From: Candidatus Fermentibacteraceae bacterium
Lineage (GTDB): Bacteria > Fermentibacterota > Fermentibacteria > Fermentibacterales > JCC-6
Assembly (NCBI GenBank): GCA_041686025.1
Contig: JAWLEP010000028.1
Span: 1 to 17,398, forward strand
Direction: 5' to 3'
Length of the DNA: 17,398 bases
Numbering within the stretch: position 1 is the stretch's first letter; each line of letters begins with the position of its first letter. Under the pieces are notes generated by a model that saw only the letters and a program-made list of their open reading frames with translations, ran no database searches and was not told where the DNA came from. Both the position numbers and the translations under genes were made by a program. Positions 1 through 6,686 of the stretch are shown here, piece by piece.

Positions 1-1
1 G

Positions 2-136
2 AGGACCCTCTCGTCTGCGGCGGTGTCCCAGAACCAGTCCAGCACCTACGCCCGTCGGTCACCCAGGGCCATGGGGGTTCCCTCCTACGCCGTGGTGGAA
101 GACGTGAAGATTACCGACTGCGCGGATTCGTTCTAG
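2..136 (+). CDS. 3' end of a CDS entering the window, possibly TldD/PmbA family
   Basis: Frame 2 reads RTLSSAAVSQNQSSTYARRSPRAMGVPSYAVVEDVKITDCADSF then TAG at 134-136, followed by a hairpin. The P..AVVEDVKIT tail resembles TldD/PmbA C-termini, but the match is weak. Confidence 0.4.
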   Translation, partial: RTLSSAAVSQNQSSTYARRSPRAMGVPSYAVVEDVKITDCADSF

Positions 137-144
137 GAATGTCT

Positions 145-180
145 CGGGGCGGGACTGCCTTCCAAGGCTGCCCCGCCCCG
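145..180. terminator. GC-rich hairpin between convergent genes (possible bidirectional terminator)
   Basis: CGGGGCGGG (145-153) pairs with CCCGCCCCG (172-180), with an inner stem GCCT/AGGC. It lies between stops at 136 (+) and 194 (-). There is no clear U-tract. Confidence 0.55.
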
Positions 181-193
181 GAAGCGGATGGCG

Positions 194-1612
194 CTAACGC
201 CTGAGGCAGCTGCTGACCAGCTCCCTGGTGTCTGTGGCGATTCCCCGAAGGCCCCGAAGCCTGGCGTGCTTCCATAGCATCCTGGGTATCCGTGTCAGAG
301 GTTTGCGCATGAGGTAGGACCTGCCTATCTGACCCTGGGCCCAATCTTTGAGCCTTCTGAGCTCAGCGTCCGGCATGTCTGTGAGGTTAACCAGAAGTCT
401 GTCCGCCGCATCCATCTTCTCCACGAAGGCCTCCACGTCCGGTATCAGACCCTTTTCCCTGGCCTCCTCGAAAATCTCCGTGCCGGGATAGGGGGTCACG
501 TAGAGCATGGGCGCCGTCATGTCGGCCCGCCGGCAGAAGTCCACCGTCTCCGCCACGGTCTCCCTGGTCTCACCGAACATTCCTATCAGGAACGACCCCT
601 CGGCGTGGATTCCCGCCTCCCGGGTGATCCTGATCCCCCGGAGACAATCATCGCTTGTGACTCCCCGCCGCATGCGGCGCAGCATACGGTCACTTCCGGA
701 TTCGATGCCGTAGGAGATCCAGTCGCAGCCCGCCCGCCGCATCTCCCGGAGCATCTCCGGATCCACCAGGTTCACCCGACCGATGCAACTCCAGCCGATA
801 CCCGGAAGCCTCTGGCGGAAGAGCCTGCAGACCTCCAGTACGAACTCCCGGTCGCTGGTGAAGAGGTCGTCGGGAAACCCCGTGTACTCGATGCCGTAGC
901 GGTCCACAAGCTCCTCCACCTCTGTGACGATGGACGCAGGCGACCGGCGTCTTACCCGTCTGCCGTAAAGATGGTAGCAGTAGACGCAGTTGTAGGGGCA
1001 TCCGCGGCTGGCAACCACCTCCATGTGGGGGCGGGTCTTCTGGCGGTGGTCCATGCTTCGTATGTAGCGGTCCACGGGGAATAGTGGCCATGCCGGGGAC
1101 GCAATGGCGTCCAGGTCGCCTATATGCTTCCTGGGTGGAGAGTAGGCAACGTCTCCCTCATCGTCGAGGAAGGCCAGACCCGGCACCTCCCGCCAACTGC
1201 CTTCCCGCGCCAGCTCGCCGGCCACTTCGGCGGCGGTGACCTCGCCCTCCCCCAGTATCACGACGTCCATACCGCAACGCCTCAGGTACAGTCCGGGCAA
1301 GGTGGTGGCCCCGCTGTTGCCTGCTGCGAACAGGGCATTGGGCAGTTGCGGCCGAAGGCGGTTTCCCAGCTCACGGACGATCCGGTAGCGGGTGACCATG
1401 CCCCCGAATCCCACCAGATCGGGCTCGCTCTCTATAACATCCCTCTCGGCCTCTTCAACCGTCAGGTCATCGCCCTCCATGTCCACCACGGTGACCCGTG
1501 CTCCGGCTTCCAGAAGCGCAGACGCCACGTAGGCCAATCCCAAGGGGAAGTACTTGGAGCGCTTTCCGCTTCCGTAGTTGGGATATACGAGGGTGACCCG
1601 AATGCTCTCCAC
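194..1612 (-). CDS. Cobalamin-binding radical SAM protein (class B methyltransferase / BchE-HpnP-like superfamily)
   Basis: N-terminal B12-domain pattern (LVYP...PLGLAYVASAL...GEGE), SRGCPYNCVYC CxxxCxxC motif, DDLF, ISYGIESGS and TPYPGT. GTG start lies 3 nt after the upstream stop. Confidence 0.9.
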   Translation of the reverse strand: MESIRVTLVYPNYGSGKRSKYFPLGLAYVASALLEAGARVTVVDMEGDDLTVEEAERDVIESEPDLVGFGGMVTRYRIVRELGNRLRPQLPNALFAAGNSGATTLPGLYLRRCGMDVVILGEGEVTAAEVAGELAREGSWREVPGLAFLDDEGDVAYSPPRKHIGDLDAIASPAWPLFPVDRYIRSMDHRQKTRPHMEVVASRGCPYNCVYCYHLYGRRVRRRSPASIVTEVEELVDRYGIEYTGFPDDLFTSDREFVLEVCRLFRQRLPGIGWSCIGRVNLVDPEMLREMRRAGCDWISYGIESGSDRMLRRMRRGVTSDDCLRGIRITREAGIHAEGSFLIGMFGETRETVAETVDFCRRADMTAPMLYVTPYPGTEIFEEAREKGLIPDVEAFVEKMDAADRLLVNLTDMPDAELRRLKDWAQGQIGRSYLMRKPLTRIPRMLWKHARLRGLRGIATDTRELVSSCLRR

Positions 1613-1615
1613 CTC

Positions 1616-3046
1616 TCAGCCCTGGACGATGTCCTCGCCCTTGCCGCCGAAGCCTCTTACTACCCGTCCGGCCTTGCGCAGGGCGCTTCCGGGGTGCCTG
1701 GCCAGCTCCGACGCCCACTTCCGGATGTTCTCGAAGCTGCTGACCTTCCGCCAGCTTCGGTAGCGCTCGATCCGGTGCTTCCAGTCGATGACGTCCTGAA
1801 GGGAGACGAACGGCAGCCGCATGTTCATGACCTCGCAGGCCCTGTTCCTGGCCGGGTCCAGGAGCTCGGGGTTGGTATCGCTGGAAAGGTAGCCGTTCTC
1901 CACCGCCCAGTCGTGTATGTAGCGCCCGGGAATTGCTGTGGAGAAGTACACGATGATGTCGTCGGGCTTCAGCCGCTTCAGATGCTCGTAGGTGGCCCGC
2001 AGGTCCTCCTCGGTCTCCATGGGGAAGCCTATCATCAGGTTGGCGGTGGCTTCCACGCCGAACTCGTGGCACCAGTCGAACGCCCGTTCGGCCTGCTCCG
2101 GCGTGGTACCCTTCCGGTAGAAGTCCAGAATCTTCTGGCTCCCGCTTTCCACACCGAAGGAAATGCAGCGGCAGCCGCTCTCGGCCATCATACGCACCTT
2201 GTCGCGGGTTACCGTGTCCACCCTGCTGTTGCAGTGCCAGCAGAGTTCCAGTCCCGCCTCCAGCAGACGGTTGTGGAACTCCTCGAACCAGGCCGTGGGA
2301 TGCATGGTGATGGTGTCGTCCTTGAAGAAGACCGGCATGCGGCTCAACCCCCGCAGCTCCGCCAGACCCACGATTTCCTCCACCACGTTTTCGGCGCTGC
2401 GGTACCTTATCCCTCCCCCGTAGATCAGATCTGTGCTGGGCTTGCAGTAGATGCACTTGAACGGGCATCCCCTGGTAGTGACCACGCCGTACTCAGACAT
2501 GCCGTTTCTCAAGTAGGAGTCGTAGTCCACCACGTCCCTGGCGGGAAAAGGCAGGGCATCCAGGTCCTGCGGCACCGCCCTGCGGGGGTTCTCCACCAGC
2601 TCTCCGTCGCGCCTGAACACCAGGTTGCGGATATCGGTGGGGTCATCGCCGGCCTCCAGCCTGTCGGCCAGTTCCACTATGGACTCCTCAGCCTCTCCCA
2701 CCAGGGCGTAGTGATAGGGAGTCTGCTCCATCACCTTGCCCGGGAATATGCTGGGGTAGGCGCCTCCGGCCACGAAGACGGCATCGGGGAGGACCTCCTG
2801 CAAGTGCCGGGTGACGGTGTCGGCCCGACTCATCTTGGCGGCGGCGGAGATGGCCACTCCCACCATCCCCACTCCCCGGGCCTTCTCGTCGAGGTCGTCT
2901 AGGCTGCTGCAGAAGGAATAGTCCAGGTAGACCGGTTCGTGGCCCGCCTCACGCAGGGCTGCGTGCAGCTGCAGAAGCCCTATGGGCTCTGCCAGGCCGT
3001 TGTACTCGATCCAGTCCCACCTGGGATAGACTAGTGCCACCCTCAA
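1616..3046 (-). CDS. Cobalamin-binding radical SAM protein (second family member)
   Basis: LVYP...PIGLLQLHAAL, GGAYPS, GEAE, TRGCPFKCIYC, DDTI and ISFGVESGS motifs. TTG start with GGAGG at 3057-3061 (minus strand). Confidence 0.9.
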   Translation of the reverse strand: MRVALVYPRWDWIEYNGLAEPIGLLQLHAALREAGHEPVYLDYSFCSSLDDLDEKARGVGMVGVAISAAAKMSRADTVTRHLQEVLPDAVFVAGGAYPSIFPGKVMEQTPYHYALVGEAEESIVELADRLEAGDDPTDIRNLVFRRDGELVENPRRAVPQDLDALPFPARDVVDYDSYLRNGMSEYGVVTTRGCPFKCIYCKPSTDLIYGGGIRYRSAENVVEEIVGLAELRGLSRMPVFFKDDTITMHPTAWFEEFHNRLLEAGLELCWHCNSRVDTVTRDKVRMMAESGCRCISFGVESGSQKILDFYRKGTTPEQAERAFDWCHEFGVEATANLMIGFPMETEEDLRATYEHLKRLKPDDIIVYFSTAIPGRYIHDWAVENGYLSSDTNPELLDPARNRACEVMNMRLPFVSLQDVIDWKHRIERYRSWRKVSSFENIRKWASELARHPGSALRKAGRVVRGFGGKGEDIVQG

Positions 3047-3111
3047 GTCCTACAGACCTCCAAGCCGAATTCCTTCCACTTTCGATCAGGCTAAGATACC
3101 CTTTCGCGCTG

Positions 3112-4236
3112 TTATGAAACAGGAGTCCCGCCGGTTTCGTTCCGCAGCCGCGGCAGTTGCCGGGTCTCCTCCAGCGCCGCCACCCTTTGGTGGTTCCAAT
3201 CTGCGTCGATGGCGCGCTCCTCCAAAGTCCTCTCGCTTCTGGGCACTCCTCCCAGACGCACCATGGTATTCGTCTCCCGGTGACGTATCACCAGGTTCAT
3301 CCAGTCGTACTGCCGGGGCTTCCGTCTGGCCCCTGCCTCTATCCTTTCGAAAAGACTCCTGTTGAATATCCTGCCGCCCACTTCGGGTTCGAACGGCTCC
3401 AGCTCGATCCTGTAGCGCATGCCTGGAAGTATCGTATTCCAGCCCAGGAATATCCGGCATTCGGTCAGTCGCCAGAGCCTCTCCGGTACTGTACTGACCA
3501 GGACCGGTACCCCGAAGGTCTTCAGCCACTCTCCCCGCACACCGCCCCAGCAGGTGGGTGCGAAATGTACCACCCCGCCGCTCTTAAGCACTTCGGGCAT
3601 CCATGAAGGGCTCTCGTCGGGGAAGTGCAGCTCGTTCCATCTGCGCGACACCCCCAGCCTCCGCTCCCTGATTGCGGGAGACGCTTCCATGTATCGGGAG
3701 GTGAGTACGTGAACCTCGAGCCCTGCCATGGCAAGCAGGATGTGAAGTGTGCGTTCGTCTCCGTAGTGAGGGACCAGCAGCAGAACGCCCTGGCCGGATA
3801 CGGCCTCGCGACGCAGCTGCTGCAGACCGCTCCACTCTACGCAATCGGAGAGCCTGTCTGGTGAGAGAGTGGCGGTGTGATAGAGACCGAGGATTCGTCT
3901 CTGATGGTTGCGCCAGTAGTCGGCCAGCAAGTTCTTCCTCCACGCCTCTTCCCGCCGGGGAAAGACGCGGCGAAGATGACCCATGTAGGTAGAGGTGCCC
4001 CCGGGGCCGAAGTGCTTCTCGGCCCTCCTGACCCAGGAGAGGGGCAGGGAAAGACGATCATAGCCCCTGCCGCTGCGGGCCAGCTTAGTGATGGCATTTG
4101 TGAGACCGTAGTAAAGAGCTCTCAGAACATCCTCCAGAGCAATTTCATGGACCTGCCGCAGACGGTAATATAAGGGGTTTGCGTTACTCGTCCGCATGCT
4201 GCGGGTTTCATTGACCGCCAGTCGGACCTGCCGCAT
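3112..4236 (-). CDS. Lipid A lauroyltransferase (LpxL/HtrB)-like / lysophospholipid acyltransferase family protein, divergent
   Basis: VEWSGLQQL...GQGVLLLVPHYGDE resembles the GxGVLLLxxHxGNWE segment. FGVPV and the C-terminal RRKPRQYDW resemble PEQW/YxW. Start codon uncertain. Confidence 0.6.
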   Translation of the reverse strand: MRQVRLAVNETRSMRTSNANPLYYRLRQVHEIALEDVLRALYYGLTNAITKLARSGRGYDRLSLPLSWVRRAEKHFGPGGTSTYMGHLRRVFPRREEAWRKNLLADYWRNHQRRILGLYHTATLSPDRLSDCVEWSGLQQLRREAVSGQGVLLLVPHYGDERTLHILLAMAGLEVHVLTSRYMEASPAIRERRLGVSRRWNELHFPDESPSWMPEVLKSGGVVHFAPTCWGGVRGEWLKTFGVPVLVSTVPERLWRLTECRIFLGWNTILPGMRYRIELEPFEPEVGGRIFNRSLFERIEAGARRKPRQYDWMNLVIRHRETNTMVRLGGVPRSERTLEERAIDADWNHQRVAALEETRQLPRLRNETGGTPVS

Positions 4237-4321
4237 CCTCTAGCTGGTGAGTTCGCTTGCGAACCTGGGGGAGGAGCTCGATGCCTGCATATTCCGCAAG
4301 CTCGATCCATCGGGATTCGAG

Positions 4322-5434
4322 ATGGGCGATCCCGTAACCGTAGTGGTGGGAGGGGGGCCCGCAGGCGCAACCTGTGCCTGGCGTCTCGCCAGTGAGGGCG
4401 GTGCCGTAGAGGTCCTGGACCGCAGCGCCTTCCCGCGCCCCAAGGTCTGCGCCGGAGCACTGGGCAACCGCGGCGCAGAGCTGCTCATTCGTGCCGGCAT
4501 CATCGCCACCCATGAGCTGGAAAGCCAGACGCTGGCCCTGCACCGAACCATGTCCTGCTGGTTCCGCTACCGTCACCTTCGCACTCACGACTTTCAGGGC
4601 CCCCCCATACGCCTGGTGGATCGTTCCAGCTTTGACGCCCTGCTTCTCTCCAGGGCGCGGGAGGCAGGCGCTTGCGTCCTCGAGGGAGAGCAGGCGGAGG
4701 AAGTGACAGAGCGGAAGGTTCGGACCTCAGGAGGCAGGGAGCTGTCATGGGACTTTCTGGTGGGGGCCGATGGTGCCGGCAGTCTGGTGGGTGGACACCT
4801 TGCGGGAAAAAGGCGCCGCAGAAGGTGCGGAGTTGGCATTCAGGCCCGGCTGTTCCGGCAGGGCGACAATCCCCACGGGCTTCATGTCCATTTTGGCCTG
4901 GTGCCCTGGGGCTACGGCTGGGTCTTCCCGGGAAGGGACCACATCCTGGTGGGCATTGGTGGGGCGGGAAGGGGATTCCGGCCACGAGGTCTCGGAAGAC
5001 GCCTGTCGAGGCTTCTGAAGCATGCCGGGGCGACCGAAAACGAAACCCTCCAGGGGGCGCCGCTGCCCTCTGGGTACCCCAACAGAAGACTGGGCAGGGG
5101 GAGTGTGTATCTGGCTGGCGATGCCGCCGGCTTGGTGGACAGGATTTCCGGCGAGGGCATAGCGCACGCCGTGGAGAGCGGCCTGCTGGTGGCCGAGGCG
5201 ATTCTGCGCGGCTGGAGCCGGCGCGAGCTGGCGGTCCGCGCCCGGCAGGGATGTGTCGGTCTGGTCTCGCAGTCACGCATCTTCGCCGGGCTGCTTTACC
5301 ACCGCAGCCTCCAGCCCAGAGCCATGCGCCGGTTGCGCGACGATCCGAAGTTCTTCCAGGGCTACTGGAACCTGGTGGCCGGCCGCACCAATTACTGGCG
5401 CATGATGCTGCGCTTCCTCTCCCCCCGAATGTAA
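4322..5434 (+). CDS. Geranylgeranyl reductase family FAD-dependent oxidoreductase
   Basis: VVVGGGPAG dinucleotide motif, FPRPKVCAG, RSSFD, GADG, the PWGYGWVFP signature (PxxYxWxFP) and GDAAGLVDRISGEGI. ATG 4322 is preferred over GTG 4247 because the Rossmann motif follows immediately. Confidence 0.85.
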   Translation: MGDPVTVVVGGGPAGATCAWRLASEGGAVEVLDRSAFPRPKVCAGALGNRGAELLIRAGIIATHELESQTLALHRTMSCWFRYRHLRTHDFQGPPIRLVDRSSFDALLLSRAREAGACVLEGEQAEEVTERKVRTSGGRELSWDFLVGADGAGSLVGGHLAGKRRRRRCGVGIQARLFRQGDNPHGLHVHFGLVPWGYGWVFPGRDHILVGIGGAGRGFRPRGLGRRLSRLLKHAGATENETLQGAPLPSGYPNRRLGRGSVYLAGDAAGLVDRISGEGIAHAVESGLLVAEAILRGWSRRELAVRARQGCVGLVSQSRIFAGLLYHRSLQPRAMRRLRDDPKFFQGYWNLVAGRTNYWRMMLRFLSPRM

Positions 5435-5529
5435 GTGCCATGTAAGTGCCAGGCACTTACATTTCATACCTGGCAGCCGTTCAATTCAAGTGCCTGGCAC
5501 TTGAATTGGCACTTGAATGGCACTTGAAT
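5429..5529. repeat. REP/REPIN-like double-palindrome element, copy 1
   Basis: Extra arm ATGTAAGTGCC (5429-5439); palindrome ATGTAAGTGCC-A-GGCACTTACAT (5440-5462); 21-bp spacer; palindrome ATTCAAGTGCC-T-GGCACTTGAAT (5484-5506); two more GGCACTTGAAT arms (5508-5518, 5519-5529). Confidence 0.9.
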
Positions 5530-5540
5530 GGGGAGGAGGG

Positions 5541-6686
5541 TCAGATCCGCTGCCCCGCGCCCCAGTCCTGGCCGACGGCGTACTCCATGCAGCGGCGGAA
5601 GACGGGAAGGCTGAGCTCGGGGCAGGTGATCCCCGCCGGGTCCAGGACCGATCTGGCCCGGGTATCTTCGAACGTCCTGCCGTCGCAGAAGTAGGGGTAG
5701 TAGAGCTCCATGTAGCCGTTCACCATGGTCTGGAGGCCGCCTTCGGACCGGCGGTAATCGTCCGATACCTCCAGCCCGTAGATTCCGAAGCAGGTCTCGA
5801 TGTAGCCGATCAGCGCCGACACGGAAGACGGCCTGCGGCTCACGATGTGGTAGATTCCCTCGCCGTCGGCTTCCGCCAGAGCCATCACCGATCCCACCAG
5901 GTAGTCTACCGGAATAACGTTCAGCTCTCCCCCTCCCGGGAGGCTGACGGGCATTCTCGTCCTGCCGTCCGCTTCGGCGCTCACTCCCAGGCGTCTGGCG
6001 CGGTCGCCGCCCCTTTCTCGAATGTCCCGGAGCATGGTGTCCCTGATGAAGAGCAGGGTCCGCACCGCGTAGTAGAGAGCGTTGAAGCTGAGGCTGGCCC
6101 CCGTCCCGGAGTCGCCGTAGACCACGGAGGGCCTGAGGATCATCAGCCGTGTACTTGTTTCCCGGCAGAGCTCGGTTATCCTTCTCTCTGCCAGATGCTT
6201 CGACCTCTCGTACTGGTTGTTGAACTCCCGCGCGGGGCGAAGCTCCTCGGCGTAGGTTCCGGGCCTCGACCCCACCGAGTACGCGGTGCTCATGTGCCAG
6301 AACCTGCGGCAGTCGCCCACCGAATGGAAGACGTTCTCCAGTCCCCGGACGTTCACCCTGTGGACCCGGTCGCGCCTGCGGGCGGCGAAGGAGGTGTCGG
6401 CCGCACAGTGCATCACCGTGCCCACCTCGTTCCGGATGCGCCGGGCCGCGGGCCGGGCAAGCCCCAGTCCCGGCCGATCCACGAAGCCCTCCACGGCTTC
6501 CAGGGGACTGTCGGGGGGGAGTCCGAAGAATTCCAGGAGCGCCGCGGCCCTGTCCCGGGGGGACCGGCCGCCACCGGGGCGGACGGGGGCGATGACCCGG
6601 ACTCCCCTTCGAAGCAGCTCGGCGGTGATGAAGCCGCCGATGAAGCCGGTTGCGCCGGTAACCAGGACAGGCCCTTCGTCGATCAA
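5541..6686 (-). CDS. Extended SDR, fatty acyl-CoA reductase / thioester reductase (male-sterility NAD-binding) type
   Basis: LVTGATGFIG, HCAADTSF, VNVRG, HMSTAY, catalytic YERSK and ILRPSVVYGDS. Probable TTG start at 6686 overlaps the upstream TGA (TTGA); the ORF track extends to 6749. Confidence 0.8.
   Translation of the reverse strand: MIDEGPVLVTGATGFIGGFITAELLRRGVRVIAPVRPGGGRSPRDRAAALLEFFGLPPDSPLEAVEGFVDRPGLGLARPAARRIRNEVGTVMHCAADTSFAARRRDRVHRVNVRGLENVFHSVGDCRRFWHMSTAYSVGSRPGTYAEELRPAREFNNQYERSKHLAERRITELCRETSTRLMILRPSVVYGDSGTGASLSFNALYYAVRTLLFIRDTMLRDIRERGGDRARRLGVSAEADGRTRMPVSLPGGGELNVIPVDYLVGSVMALAEADGEGIYHIVSRRPSSVSALIGYIETCFGIYGLEVSDDYRRSEGGLQTMVNGYMELYYPYFCDGRTFEDTRARSVLDPAGITCPELSLPVFRRCMEYAVGQDWGAGQRI

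Noticed and set aside
1124..2902. 592-aa plus-strand ORF
   Set aside because: Antisense shadow of the two radical SAM genes, with no recognisable motifs; expected in high-GC coding DNA.
5429..5529. CRISPR array or integron attC interpretation of the repeats
   Set aside because: There are no unique spacers (the 21-bp spacer is identical in both copies), no cas or integrase gene, and no RYYYAAC/GTTRRRY attC ends.
5273..5694. Small ORFs running through the repeat (5273-5467 -, 5446-5694 +)
   Set aside because: They are translations of the palindromic element and overlap real genes.
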